DNA of 64,000 nt, taken from contig JAHDIH010000001.1 in assembly GCA_020630875.1 (NCBI GenBank), positions 789,093-853,092 of the forward strand, in the 5' to 3' direction. The notes beneath the pieces were generated by a model. The model had not been told where the DNA came from, did not search any database, and was given only the letters and a program-made list of their open reading frames with translations. The stretch comes from Deltaproteobacteria bacterium (GTDB lineage Bacteria > Myxococcota_A > Polyangia > Haliangiales > Haliangiaceae). Shown here piece by piece: positions 46,754-56,354 of the stretch. How positions within the stretch are numbered: the first letter of the stretch is position 1; each line of letters opens with the position of its first letter. Both the position numbers and the translations under genes were made by a program.

Positions 46754-47902
46754 ATGCAGGTCAAGCTTACCGACTTTTCTCCCGATGGCCGTGCGGTAGG
46801 GCGCACCAGCGACGGCAAGGTGGTTTTCGTTCCAGGAGGTATTCCAGGTGAGGTGGTTCACATCACACCGGTAAAGCAAAAAAAATCATGGATGAGCGCC
46901 AAAATTGACGCCATTCATGAGCCTTCCAGTAGTAGAATTTCGCCCATTTGCAACCCTGAATGCGGGGGATGTTCTTGGCAACACATTGACTACGATTACC
47001 AGTTGGTAAGCAAAGTCGGCTTACTTCTTCATTCCCTCCGCGAGTTAAATCCACCGGTGATTTCTGTGAGTCGCGCAGCCGAAGCAGCGGTTGCCTGGCG
47101 ACGGCGCGTAAGATGGCACGTTTTCGGTGGCCGCGTTGGTAATCGCAAAGGGCGCAGTCACGAAATTGAAGGGGGCGTTTGCGTTCAAACAGAGCCGCCA
47201 CTGCAAAAACTTCAAGCGGAACTTACGCGACTCGTCGCGAGTCGAGGCACAATCAAAATGGACGTTTCCGCAGTTCGAGGTGCTGAGGGAATTCATGTGG
47301 TGATTGAAGGAAAAATTAGCAACCGTTTGCTGCGAGATATTTCGCGAATTCAAGGGGTAGCCGGCGTTCAACACGGAGAGAAAGTTCTAGGTGCCAAGTC
47401 GGTAACGATAGACGACGACTGTCAAATTTCAGCCTCCAACTTCGCGCAAGCTTCCACTGCGGGTAATAGAAAAATCCGCGAGCAAGTCACCCTAGCGGCA
47501 TCAAGGTTGGCGGGAGAAGAGATGCTAGAGTTGTTTTGCGGAAATGGGAACCTCACCAGAGACCTTGCCGCTCACGCCGAATCCGTGATTGCCGTAGACA
47601 CCAGTCCCGGCAGGCATCCAGGGGATTGGAAAGTAGTGACTGCTGATGCTGCAGCGTACGTTGAGTCTCACAAAATTCCGAAGGTCGTAGTACTTGATCC
47701 TCCGAGGATTGGTGCCAAAGAAGTTTGTTCGACGCTGGCCGATAAACCATGGGAACGCATTCTCTATGTGTCTTGCGATCCTATGACGCTCGCTCGAGAC
47801 ATTACGTTGCTTGGCGCGGAAATCGAGTACCTCTCTTTAATCGACACAATGCCGAACACACCCCACTTTGAAAGTGTTGCATTACTCCGTCGCAGGACGT
47901 AA
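46754..47902 (+). CDS. rlmD: 23S rRNA (uracil-C5)-methyltransferase RlmD/RumA family. Likely start at Met 46754 (MQVKLTD...); ORF track gives 46739
   Basis: TRAM domain, Fe-S Cys cluster (CNPECGGCSWQH), LELFCGNGNL SAM motif, VLDPPRIG and YVSCDP catalytic motifs. Confidence 0.8.
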   Translation: MQVKLTDFSPDGRAVGRTSDGKVVFVPGGIPGEVVHITPVKQKKSWMSAKIDAIHEPSSSRISPICNPECGGCSWQHIDYDYQLVSKVGLLLHSLRELNPPVISVSRAAEAAVAWRRRVRWHVFGGRVGNRKGRSHEIEGGVCVQTEPPLQKLQAELTRLVASRGTIKMDVSAVRGAEGIHVVIEGKISNRLLRDISRIQGVAGVQHGEKVLGAKSVTIDDDCQISASNFAQASTAGNRKIREQVTLAASRLAGEEMLELFCGNGNLTRDLAAHAESVIAVDTSPGRHPGDWKVVTADAAAYVESHKIPKVVVLDPPRIGAKEVCSTLADKPWERILYVSCDPMTLARDITLLGAEIEYLSLIDTMPNTPHFESVALLRRRT

Positions 47903-48367
47903 CGAATCTGTAAGCCTCATCGCTGCTGCTTTGTTTTTGCTCCGAGCAACGATTGCGATGGACAGCGTTCGGAAGACTAAGGTTCTTATGCTTACAAAAT
48001 TATCATCGCTCTTCAACGCGAGGTCGAAGACGAGGACATCTCCGATCTTTGTTTTGGATTTGCTGACTTCTTTCGTTGCGGGGAATCCCCTCAGATAGGA
48101 GGCTTCGAGTTTGTCGAAGAACGTGTTTTTCTTCCGTCGCCTTGCTCCGATGTTTGGGTAGTTGAAGCGAACTATGGCTGCTGTTACGCCATCGCCCATC
48201 CCTCGATACAATCTCTGAACTGGCTGAGTTCGGTCCTTCGCGGGAAGTTCTTTGGTGTCCAGGGGAATGCTGAACAGGTGGTCTTTTTGCGAGTCTGCAC
48301 TGGTAAACTCGGGAGTGGCAATCAGCACTAGGAAGAATACTGCAATCGTTTTCTGAAAAAGCACCAT
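47882..48367 (-). CDS. small secreted hypothetical protein (C-terminal 161 aa of the long ORF 47882..49102)
   Basis: Met at 48367 begins a signal peptide (MVLFQKTIAVFFLVLIATPEFTSA). The upstream part of the long ORF is antisense to the 48530 gene and is Arg-rich and non-protein-like. Confidence 0.4.
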   Translation of the reverse strand: MVLFQKTIAVFFLVLIATPEFTSADSQKDHLFSIPLDTKELPAKDRTQPVQRLYRGMGDGVTAAIVRFNYPNIGARRRKKNTFFDKLEASYLRGFPATKEVSKSKTKIGDVLVFDLALKSDDNFVSIRTLVFRTLSIAIVARSKNKAAAMRLTDSLRPATE

Positions 48368-48529
48368 TGGCACTACATTACACGTTGGCCCATGCTTGGT
48401 CACGTTATGGTTCACTGACAACTCCATCCTTGGCTCGGCAGTAGTAGTTAGCTGGATGACAAAGGCATACATCGCTGCCAAATAACCACACGAACGATAA
48501 TTGAAAACCGCTCTGCGGACCGGATACGA

Positions 48530-50485
48530 TTGCGCATGATTTGGAAATGCATTGCTCTTTTGTCGATCTGCTTCGTTGCTCACTCGGAGGAGTTTGTTAG
48601 AACCAAAAGTGCTCAGTATCAAAAGTCGCCTGCGCGCAGCGCAATCAGTCGTGTTGAAAGTGCTGTGAGTTCGATGTCTCGGGCGTATAAGAGTTACGAC
48701 CAGGGGAGGGCAAAGAACTACGTTCGCAACTTCGATAAGCAGTATGCCAACTACCAACGTTATATCGAAAAGCTGAAGACGCAAGATCCGGGCTGGGATG
48801 TTAGCAATTACCAAAGACTCGTCGAAATTTATTCTTTGCGAAGGAATGACGCTGCGAAAGCTCAGTACCAAGCAGATGCGGCCAAGTTGCGAACTGCGCT
48901 TGCCAAAAAAAGTGTCAAACCATCGCCGGGGGTTGGAAAGTCGGCTTTGCCAACGGTTTCTATTTGCGACTCCATTGCGGTCAAAGATCGGAAACGTAAG
49001 GACTATAGTGAAAGTATCTATAATTTTGCGACTGCTATTATGAGCTCTCCGTGGCTCCTGAGACTTTACTGCGTGGCCCCGACGGACAAGTTCGTTCAAC
49101 AAGCCGCTCTCATTTACATCCAGAAAAGAATGAATGCTTCAGGAGAGAGTTCTGAACTTGCGTGGTTGCAAGAACGTTTGAAGACAGATGGAGAAAAAGC
49201 CTGTTCCAGTAGCGCTGGAGTTCCCTTAAGTGTTCGCGCAGCGGCATGTTTTTCCTTCGGAAAGAACTTCGAACTTGGCGCTTGGCTTTGGGATGGCACT
49301 CCGCGTTTGCGCAGTCCCATTCGAAAGCTAGCTGTCGCATCTCAAATGCTTGGCAACAGAACCGCCAGTCCTTCGACGTATGCGGTCACCAGATACCTTT
49401 TTGCGGAACAGGCTATGAAGGGGCTGACATGGAAAAGTGTCGCAAACCAACTTGAAAAGAAGTGGGGGATAACGCCACTTTCGACGGACAGAAAGAAGGA
49501 AGCACTGTACGTAAGCATACTGGCAGAGTTTGAACTGATAAACCGGAACTTAGAGTTATGGAGCCGCGCCAGTCGCCAATGGGGATTCACTACGAAACTG
49601 AGAGCGATAGGCAAACGGGCGCGAGAGGAGTGGACTAAAAGCAGCAAAGCCCCTGTCTTTAAAACTCTTTTTGCGTACGAAGCAGCGTATTTTGGAAAGC
49701 AAGATCGTGAGCTCGCCGGATGTCAGAAGGTTCTTGATCGGGCATGGCAACAGTACCTCGGCGGTAAGAACCCAAAGAATGCCTCGCAGTTGGATGCCGC
49801 AATCAGTCATCCTTTGGGAGCAAGACTGCTTATGAATCGAGCGTTTTGCGCTACCGCAAATGGTCAACGGGAGCTGGCGAAAGGCTACATTGCGATCCTC
49901 AACCGTTCCGCAAACTACAGTCACTTCTCCCCTAACTACTACGCGTCCCAGCGCATGCTTGAAGCGGCCGCTAAGGGAGACATTAATATCTCTGGGCAAG
50001 GAATGTCGCGTGATACTACTAAAGTGAACTTGTCTACTCCCTATTCATCACTCGAAGCCAAAGATTTGTTTGGATTCGCGGTGGACTCCAACTACACCTC
50101 TATGGTGAAACAACCAGGTATTGGTAGTAAGAAGAAAGCTGGAGACGAAGTAACGCTAAAATTTCCTACAAAGCGGTACCAAATTTTTGTGCCATACGAT
50201 TGCAAAGAAACGAGAAGAATCAGTCGTATTCGTCCCGACGGAACCATCGAGTACCGCAGAAACTGCAAGTCGCGGAAAGAGTGGGCCAAGAGGAAGTTCC
50301 CCCCAGCAAAAGTATTGGGCAGTGGCAACTGCTCACTAAAGAAGGGAGAACAACCTATCACCGGGCCTACTCGTCTTGGGGCTTCTCTACTCTATGGCGT
50401 GGTTCGAAAAAACAGGACCACTTGTGTTGCAGGAGCAAAAGTAAACATAGCGGAAGATATTTTTCCTAATGCTTATGCTCCATAA
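48530..50485 (+). CDS. large secreted hypothetical protein (651 aa)
   Basis: Signal peptide MRMIWKCIALLSICFVAHS. Protein-like composition throughout. No recognised motif. Confidence 0.55.
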   Translation: MRMIWKCIALLSICFVAHSEEFVRTKSAQYQKSPARSAISRVESAVSSMSRAYKSYDQGRAKNYVRNFDKQYANYQRYIEKLKTQDPGWDVSNYQRLVEIYSLRRNDAAKAQYQADAAKLRTALAKKSVKPSPGVGKSALPTVSICDSIAVKDRKRKDYSESIYNFATAIMSSPWLLRLYCVAPTDKFVQQAALIYIQKRMNASGESSELAWLQERLKTDGEKACSSSAGVPLSVRAAACFSFGKNFELGAWLWDGTPRLRSPIRKLAVASQMLGNRTASPSTYAVTRYLFAEQAMKGLTWKSVANQLEKKWGITPLSTDRKKEALYVSILAEFELINRNLELWSRASRQWGFTTKLRAIGKRAREEWTKSSKAPVFKTLFAYEAAYFGKQDRELAGCQKVLDRAWQQYLGGKNPKNASQLDAAISHPLGARLLMNRAFCATANGQRELAKGYIAILNRSANYSHFSPNYYASQRMLEAAAKGDINISGQGMSRDTTKVNLSTPYSSLEAKDLFGFAVDSNYTSMVKQPGIGSKKKAGDEVTLKFPTKRYQIFVPYDCKETRRISRIRPDGTIEYRRNCKSRKEWAKRKFPPAKVLGSGNCSLKKGEQPITGPTRLGASLLYGVVRKNRTTCVAGAKVNIAEDIFPNAYAP

Positions 50486-50494
50486 GGAACGTTA

Positions 50495-50875
50495 ATGCCT
50501 ACATTGACCGGTTTGGGCGAGATCGGTTACTGTTTTAGTGTGAAGATTTCAGCTTTTGCAGTCACCCTATTTTTGATGTTTGTGCTTGTCGGATGCAAAG
50601 GAGACGCGGCTTCTGAGAAGACCGATGAAATTGCAGAGATATGTCAGCGAACCACGGAAAGAATGAAATCTGGCAAGAGCACGGACATCATGTTGGACTC
50701 CCAGACCGCGCTGAAGTCGTGCAGCGTTTCTTGCGACAAAGGCTCAAAAGCATCGTGCGCCAACTTGCAAACTCATATTGACATCCTCTGCAAGACCGAT
50801 AAGTCCATGTGTACGAAGTTGTGCGCCGCGGTGAAGTCTCCGAGCCTAAAGAAGGCTACCTGCGCTGTTAAGTAA
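50495..50875 (+). CDS. small Cys-rich lipoprotein
   Basis: Lipobox VLVGCKG. 12 Cys in the mature 100 aa (CQRTTE...CSVSCDKGSKASCANLQTHIDILCKTDKSMCTKLCAAV). Confidence 0.45.
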   Translation: MPTLTGLGEIGYCFSVKISAFAVTLFLMFVLVGCKGDAASEKTDEIAEICQRTTERMKSGKSTDIMLDSQTALKSCSVSCDKGSKASCANLQTHIDILCKTDKSMCTKLCAAVKSPSLKKATCAVK

Positions 50876-51319
50876 TTAGTTTTTAGTCGAATCCCAAAGG
50901 GCCAATGCCAGTTCGGCTTGGTCGCTCGCTTCTTCGAACCAATTGCGCGGCAGAAGGGACTGTCCTTTTTCGGTCTCTATTACCAACACGGGTTTGCTCA
51001 TAAAACGGGGCGCATGCTTTTCAAGCAGAAACACGTGCTTGATATCCTTTAGGGGAATCTCTTGTTTGCGTTCCGAGAATCGGCCCGTGGGAAGCGTAAG
51101 GGTCTGGTTCTCTACCGTAAAGTCGCTTGGGTTGGCAGCACGTTCTTTCCATGCCTTAAAGCCGCAATAGACTCCGTAGACGACCATGAAGCCACCAATC
51201 CATTTGCCGACGATAGCAAACCGGAACACCATGAAGACGCCCATAGCGAGACCTGCGGTAGCCCATTTACTCCATCCATTAAATTTCCGCGCGAATGGCC
51301 AGGTGTTAGTTTTGCTCAC
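50876..51319 (-). CDS. hypothetical membrane protein (two TM helices)
   Basis: WSKWATAGLAMGVFMVFRFAIVGKWIGGFMVVYGVYCGF hydrophobic pair. Confidence 0.4.
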   Translation of the reverse strand: MSKTNTWPFARKFNGWSKWATAGLAMGVFMVFRFAIVGKWIGGFMVVYGVYCGFKAWKERAANPSDFTVENQTLTLPTGRFSERKQEIPLKDIKHVFLLEKHAPRFMSKPVLVIETEKGQSLLPRNWFEEASDQAELALALWDSTKN

Positions 51320-51409
51320 GCTACGTTGTAGCGTGGTTTCTGTGCCTCATCAACCTTAGTAAGGAGATTGCCTCTACCCCTCGCATAATCTGTCGTGTAG
51401 GCTCGGCCT

Positions 51410-52384
51410 GTGACCTTATCGCCAGTGCATGTGCTTTTTAGTAGCGACCCGCTTTTGATGAAGCGTCGGGTAGACGAAATTCGTACCCTGGTAGGTCCAG
51501 ATCCGATGGGGTTTAATCAAACGGAGTTGAGTGCCAAAGGGGCTAGTGCCGACGTCATCACATCGCAGGCTACGACACTACCCATGATGGCGCCTTACCG
51601 CTTGATCGTAGTTCGAGGACTGTCCGATCTCCCTGCGGCAGAACTTGTAAAACTGTTGCCATACATCGAGGATCCCAACCCCACTACGGTGCTGGTGTTG
51701 TGCACGTTCAAGTTGGACAAAAGAATCAAGTTTTTCCAACGGGTAAAAAAGTTAGGGTATCTAGAAGAGTGTGGAGCTCCGAAGAATATTCGCAGCTTCC
51801 TGCAAAGCGAGGCAAAGAGAATTGGCGCGACCCTCACGGATGATGGCTTGAGACGGCTTACCTCACTCATTGGAGATGATGTGTCCAGACTAGTCGGGTC
51901 GTTAGAACAATTAGATCTTTACGCAGATGGGCCGATTACCGCGGACCATGTCGATGAACTTATCGCCTCTACTAAAGAGCAATCAGTGTTCGCGCTCACC
52001 GATGCGATCACTCGTGGGGCGCGGCGCGATGCGCAGCTTCTGGTTCGACAACTTACAGACCAAAAACAAAGTGCTATTGGAGCCATTGCCTTGCTAGGTC
52101 GATACGTTTCGCAGTTAGGCCTAATTGCGGAAGGGAAGCGAAGAGGACTCGACTCTGGAAAGATCGCTTCCGCTGCAGGATGCCCTCCATTTGTAGTCAA
52201 CAAGCTCACGACGGCGGCAATGCGCACCAGCCCGGCGGCAATCGCATTCTGCTTAAGTCTGCTGTCCAAGGCTGACATCAGTTTGAAAGGCGGCGGCGGA
52301 CATAGCAAAACCCTCGGCCGTGCATTGACGGAGAGGGCGATATTGGCCGAAACGGTCGACCATCTTATTGCCAGGTTAAGTTAG
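51410..52384 (+). CDS. holA: DNA polymerase III delta subunit
   Basis: Length and domain order consistent with HolA. Convergent with rpsT as in Bacillus. Assigned by similarity pattern, moderate confidence. Confidence 0.6.
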   Translation: MTLSPVHVLFSSDPLLMKRRVDEIRTLVGPDPMGFNQTELSAKGASADVITSQATTLPMMAPYRLIVVRGLSDLPAAELVKLLPYIEDPNPTTVLVLCTFKLDKRIKFFQRVKKLGYLEECGAPKNIRSFLQSEAKRIGATLTDDGLRRLTSLIGDDVSRLVGSLEQLDLYADGPITADHVDELIASTKEQSVFALTDAITRGARRDAQLLVRQLTDQKQSAIGAIALLGRYVSQLGLIAEGKRRGLDSGKIASAAGCPPFVVNKLTTAAMRTSPAAIAFCLSLLSKADISLKGGGGHSKTLGRALTERAILAETVDHLIARLS

Positions 52385-52638
52385 TTCTTATTTTTTAGAA
52401 TCATCAAGCGCGAGATGTACCGCGACCCGGTATTACGTTTGATCGTACCCTTGCTCACAGCACGGTCAATTTTTGAAATTGCTGCGGTCACAAGTTTGTC
52501 GGTATCGGATGACTTCTCAGAGATTGCGGTGCGCGCTTTCTTTAGTGCGGTTCGCATGGACCCTAGTGCAGCTCGATTTTTCAAGCGGCGGGTTTCTCGT
52601 TGACGGTCTCGTTTTTCTGCTGATTTGCTGTTTGCCAT
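52381..52638 (-). CDS. rpsT: 30S ribosomal protein S20
   Basis: MANSKSAEKRDRQRETRRLKNRA...; 85 aa basic protein. Confidence 0.9.
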   Translation of the reverse strand: MANSKSAEKRDRQRETRRLKNRAALGSMRTALKKARTAISEKSSDTDKLVTAAISKIDRAVSKGTIKRNTGSRYISRLMILKNKN

Positions 52639-52688
52639 GGTTTATTCCCAAAAGAAGAAGCATTTACTACCGCGGAGAGGGGAAGGTG

Positions 52689-53459
52689 TCAAGCCAGGGA
52701 CTTAGCGCGTTCCCATAATGCGTCCATCTCTTGCAGCGAAGCGGTTTGAGGGGCTTTTCCTTGCGCTTTCAGCTCCTTTTCGACGTACTGAAATCTCGCC
52801 CGGAACTTGCTACAGGTCCCGCGCAGCGCCATTTCCGCATCCGTGTCGAGTTTGCGAGCCAGGTTCACTGTCGCGAACAGCATATCTCCCAGCTCTTCTT
52901 GTGCTTGCGCAATGCTCCCGCTCTCTACCGCCTCGCGGATCTCATCCAACTCTTCCTGCATTTTGTCTAAGGAGCCAGCGATATTTGGCCAATCAAACCC
53001 GACCTTGGCGGCTTTCTTGGAAATTTTTTGTGCGTACATGAGCGCGGGCAGAGCCCGCGTTACATCGGAAAGCAGTGAGTTCGCTTTCTTACGGTTTTCT
53101 TCAAGCTTAATGGCTTCCCAGTTGGTCAGTACTTCTTCTGAAGTCTCCGCAGTCGCGTCACCAAAGACATGCGGGTGGCGACGAACCATTTTGTCGCAAA
53201 TGGCGGAAACGACATCTTGCATGGTGAACTTTCCCTCCTTCTCGCGCAGGGCTGCTTGAAATACAATCTGCAGTAGCAAGTCACCTAGCTCATCGCAGTG
53301 GTCTTCAGGGGTACCATTTTCTATCGCGTCCACCACTTCTGATGCCTCTTCGATAACGTATTTTCTTAGGGTCGATAGCGTCTGCTCTCGGTCCCAAGGA
53401 CACCCATCCTCAGCAAGTAGTTTAACCATAATCTCAGCCAGTGGAGTAACGTCTGCCAT
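52689..53459 (-). CDS. mazG: nucleoside triphosphate pyrophosphohydrolase MazG
   Basis: DGCPWDREQTLSTLRKYVIEEASEVVDAIE and a second EExGD MazG repeat; 256 aa. Confidence 0.85.
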   Translation of the reverse strand: MADVTPLAEIMVKLLAEDGCPWDREQTLSTLRKYVIEEASEVVDAIENGTPEDHCDELGDLLLQIVFQAALREKEGKFTMQDVVSAICDKMVRRHPHVFGDATAETSEEVLTNWEAIKLEENRKKANSLLSDVTRALPALMYAQKISKKAAKVGFDWPNIAGSLDKMQEELDEIREAVESGSIAQAQEELGDMLFATVNLARKLDTDAEMALRGTCSKFRARFQYVEKELKAQGKAPQTASLQEMDALWERAKSLA

Positions 53460-53503
53460 GCCACACTCTAACTGAGTTCACGGATTGACCGGGAGCCTAG
53501 GCC

Positions 53504-54115
53504 ATGAAAAAGTACATTATGTACACTCTGCACTACGCTCCCAAGACTCGTTCCTTTACAGCTCTATGGCTTTTGGAAGAGTTGGGCGTTCAGTACCAAC
53601 TCAATGCACTCGACTTACAAGCCGGGGATTTGCGAACCGGTGCCCATCTCGCGGTCAACCCCATGGGGAAAGTACCAGCCTTATCGTTTCCCGGGGGCGC
53701 GTTAGCGGAAACTGGTGCTATTTCTGTTTTCCTTGCGGATCGTCATCCTGAGGCAAAACTCGCGCCAGCGTTGGACTCGCCGCGGAGAGGTACATTCTTG
53801 CAATGGTGTTTCTTTGGGGGCTCAGTCATTGAGCCCAGTCTAGGAGAAAAGTTCTTCAAGTGGAACGTACCGGATACATCGGTCGCGTGGGGCTCTTTCG
53901 AGCGGATGCTCAAAGCATTTCACGCGGGTCTCGCCGGTAACGATTGGCTGGTAGGTAATGAATTCTCAGTAGCGGACGTGGTTGTTGGCGCCGGACTTCG
54001 TTTTGGTGTTTTGTTTGGAGCGATCGACGACCCGATTGTGAAAAGCTATGTAGACCGACTCAGTGGTCGACCCGCTTTTCTACAGGCGGATAAGATCGAG
54101 CAGTCTTATTACTAG
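53504..54115 (+). CDS. glutathione S-transferase family protein
   Basis: Thioredoxin-like N-terminal domain (YTLHYAPKTRSFTALWLLEELGV...GKVPAL) and GST C-terminal domain. Confidence 0.75.
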   Translation: MKKYIMYTLHYAPKTRSFTALWLLEELGVQYQLNALDLQAGDLRTGAHLAVNPMGKVPALSFPGGALAETGAISVFLADRHPEAKLAPALDSPRRGTFLQWCFFGGSVIEPSLGEKFFKWNVPDTSVAWGSFERMLKAFHAGLAGNDWLVGNEFSVADVVVGAGLRFGVLFGAIDDPIVKSYVDRLSGRPAFLQADKIEQSYY

Positions 54116-54792
54116 TCGTTGTCAACGGGGCGATACGGTTGCATAAAGGCCGCGAGACTCGAAGGATTTCTGGTTTGTAAGATCACGGTCCCTGTTCCTT
54201 GAAAGTCGGTGACCAAACCTTCTCCACTGAAGAACAAGCCTTTGAAGCCTGCAAATTTTCTCACTTTGTATTGCAGCCCCTCGGTAAAACCGACGACATG
54301 CTCGTTATCACAAGTAAAGGTTTCGTTTTCTACCGTTACTTCGCGGAGTGCGCCATAGCCGCTGTAAAATAGTGTTCCAGGTCCAGAGAGCTTAAGTAAG
54401 AAAAGTCCCGCGCCACCAAAGAATCCCTTGGCGCCACCCCATTTCGTATCGATGGTCACGCCACCAGAGTGAGCAACGTAGGAGCCTCTCTGTAAGAACC
54501 AGGTTTCGCCTTCAGCAAGCGCAACTTCTTTCATGTCACCTTCTACTGCCGGGGCCAAGATGATGTGTTGTCCCGCGGCCGTAGCGGTGAATGTGTTTTG
54601 GAACATACTTTCTCCACCCAAAACTTTGCGTTTGAGGGAGGCACCAACACCACCGCGCATGTTGGTTTTCATTTCAATTCCAGTGTCCCGACTCACCATG
54701 GCGCCGGACTCTGAGATGACCGACTCACCGGCTTGCTCAAATGTCAGACGCAGGAAAGAAAAGTCAGGAGAATCTATAATTTCAGTTTTCAT
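54112..54792 (-). CDS. AIM24/TIGR00266 (DUF124) family protein, paralog 3
   Basis: ESGAMVS...GGE..FQNTF..G.G.IILAP pattern shared by the three tandem paralogs. Confidence 0.7.
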   Translation of the reverse strand: MKTEIIDSPDFSFLRLTFEQAGESVISESGAMVSRDTGIEMKTNMRGGVGASLKRKVLGGESMFQNTFTATAAGQHIILAPAVEGDMKEVALAEGETWFLQRGSYVAHSGGVTIDTKWGGAKGFFGGAGLFLLKLSGPGTLFYSGYGALREVTVENETFTCDNEHVVGFTEGLQYKVRKFAGFKGLFFSGEGLVTDFQGTGTVILQTRNPSSLAAFMQPYRPVDND

Positions 54793-54800
54793 GTTTGTCC

Positions 54801-55487
54801 TTATCGCGGGGGCAACTTTGGCCCGATAAAATTACCGTAGTCACTAGGGTTTCTGGATTGCATGTAGACCCTGCCGGTTCCAGTGAGTTCGAGTACGAAC
54901 CCTTCTCCTGATAGAAAGGAGCTAATCCATCCGCGGGATGCCTTCCTTACGGTGTAAGACAGCCCGCTGGTGAACGCGACCATGTGACCCGTGTCGAGGA
55001 CGAGCTTTTCATTATTAAGATCTCGGTAGGTGATGGCACCAAAGGCGTTGATGATTACAGGACCATGTCCAAACGCACGGAGGAAGAATAGACTTTCTCC
55101 AGAAAATATCTTTTTAAACCCCTGCCATTTGGTGTCAAGCTGTACGGTGTCTGGTGCGGCAACATAACTTGAACCTTGAATCATTAACTCATGGTCGGCG
55201 GTAAGATTATGGATCTCCATATCGCCACAAAGCTTAGGTGCTAACGTTACTTGCCCCGCACTCGCTTCGGTGTAGAACGTGTTAGTGAAAAAGGTTTCGC
55301 CGGAAAGTACGGTCCGCTTTAAGCGTTTGAAGATGCCCTTTTTTTCATTTTTCTGTCCCCCCGTTTGCGCTTGGATGCCACCTTTCATGGAGACCATCGC
55401 GCCGGCTTCCGCGCGGATTTGTTCGCCAGGCTGAAGATCTACGACAGCAAGTGTATGAGCTGGTTTGTATGCTAGTTCGATATTCAT
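54801..55487 (-). CDS. AIM24/TIGR00266 family protein, paralog 2. Likely start at MNIELAY, 55487; ORF track gives 55520
   Basis: Same family pattern (EAGAMVSM...GETFFTNTF...GQVTLAP). Confidence 0.7.
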   Translation of the reverse strand: MNIELAYKPAHTLAVVDLQPGEQIRAEAGAMVSMKGGIQAQTGGQKNEKKGIFKRLKRTVLSGETFFTNTFYTEASAGQVTLAPKLCGDMEIHNLTADHELMIQGSSYVAAPDTVQLDTKWQGFKKIFSGESLFFLRAFGHGPVIINAFGAITYRDLNNEKLVLDTGHMVAFTSGLSYTVRKASRGWISSFLSGEGFVLELTGTGRVYMQSRNPSDYGNFIGPKLPPR

Positions 55488-55498
55488 AAATTGTTCCT

Positions 55499-56257
55499 TT
55501 AAACGAGAGGGGTAAGCCAACTAACCAACGCATCGACATTACGAGACTGAATCCACAGGGTTCCTTTTCCCTTGAACTCGAACACAAGTCCTTCTCCAGA
55601 AAACATAAGACCTTTCATCCCGCCACCGGGCTTTCCGATTTTGAAGTCGAGGGTGTCTTCGAAAGCGACGACATGACCCGTGTCAACGATGTAAGAACCA
55701 TCGATTTGGATTGGTTCGATACCTCCGTAAGCATTGATGAATAAGTCTCCTTTCCCATAGCACTGGAAAAGAGTAGCTCCTTCTCTACCTATCAAGGTTC
55801 TAAATCCTCCCCAACGCATTTTCGTTTGTACTGAGGGTTCACTCGCAAGGTACGAACCAGACTGCACGTAGTAGGACTTTCCTTCTGTAATCGAGAGTTT
55901 TTTTATGTGACCTACCATCTTGGGAGCAAGTGCTACTTCTCCTCCGCTTGGGCTGGAGAACTCATTGATAAACATGGTTTCGCCCCCAATAAATTTGCGA
56001 ATGATCGCAGAAAAGAAACTGATGATTTTTGCCAGGAAACCGCCTTTTCTCGGCGCATTAAGGCGCGTCGACATTTCAACTCCAGGCGAGTGAAAAACCA
56101 TAGCTCCCGCTTCCGCATCAACTTTTTGCCCTGGTCTAAGAAGTACTCTGACCCAGGCGAACGACGGGCCGTGTTCAATGTATTCTTCTAGTGCGTCGGG
56201 GGATTGCCGGTACGGCGCTGCCTCGACAGGTTGTAGATTTGTTGCTTGGTTTTCCAT
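55499..56257 (-). CDS. AIM24/TIGR00266 family protein, paralog 1
   Basis: EAGAMVFH...GETMFINEF...GEVALAP. Confidence 0.7.
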   Translation of the reverse strand: MENQATNLQPVEAAPYRQSPDALEEYIEHGPSFAWVRVLLRPGQKVDAEAGAMVFHSPGVEMSTRLNAPRKGGFLAKIISFFSAIIRKFIGGETMFINEFSSPSGGEVALAPKMVGHIKKLSITEGKSYYVQSGSYLASEPSVQTKMRWGGFRTLIGREGATLFQCYGKGDLFINAYGGIEPIQIDGSYIVDTGHVVAFEDTLDFKIGKPGGGMKGLMFSGEGLVFEFKGKGTLWIQSRNVDALVSWLTPLV

Positions 56258-56354
56258 ATCTCTCCTGGTGAGAATCGTAACAGTAAAAAAAATGCGTCAC
56301 CACGGTACCTGCGGAGTATTTACATGAAAGCCGCACTGTCATACGATTTCCGGG

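Noticed and set aside
46679-46879. N-terminal 67 codons of the UPF0126 membrane-protein ORF
   Set aside because: They would overlap the divergent rlmD start, and UPF0126 homologs begin at the first repeat. GTG 46678 is the more plausible start.
47882-49102. 406-aa ORF on the minus strand
   Set aside because: The N-terminal 245 aa are antisense to the well-supported secreted-protein gene at 48530-50485 and are Arg-rich with non-protein-like composition. Only the C-terminal 161 aa (Met at 48367 followed by a signal peptide) look genuine.
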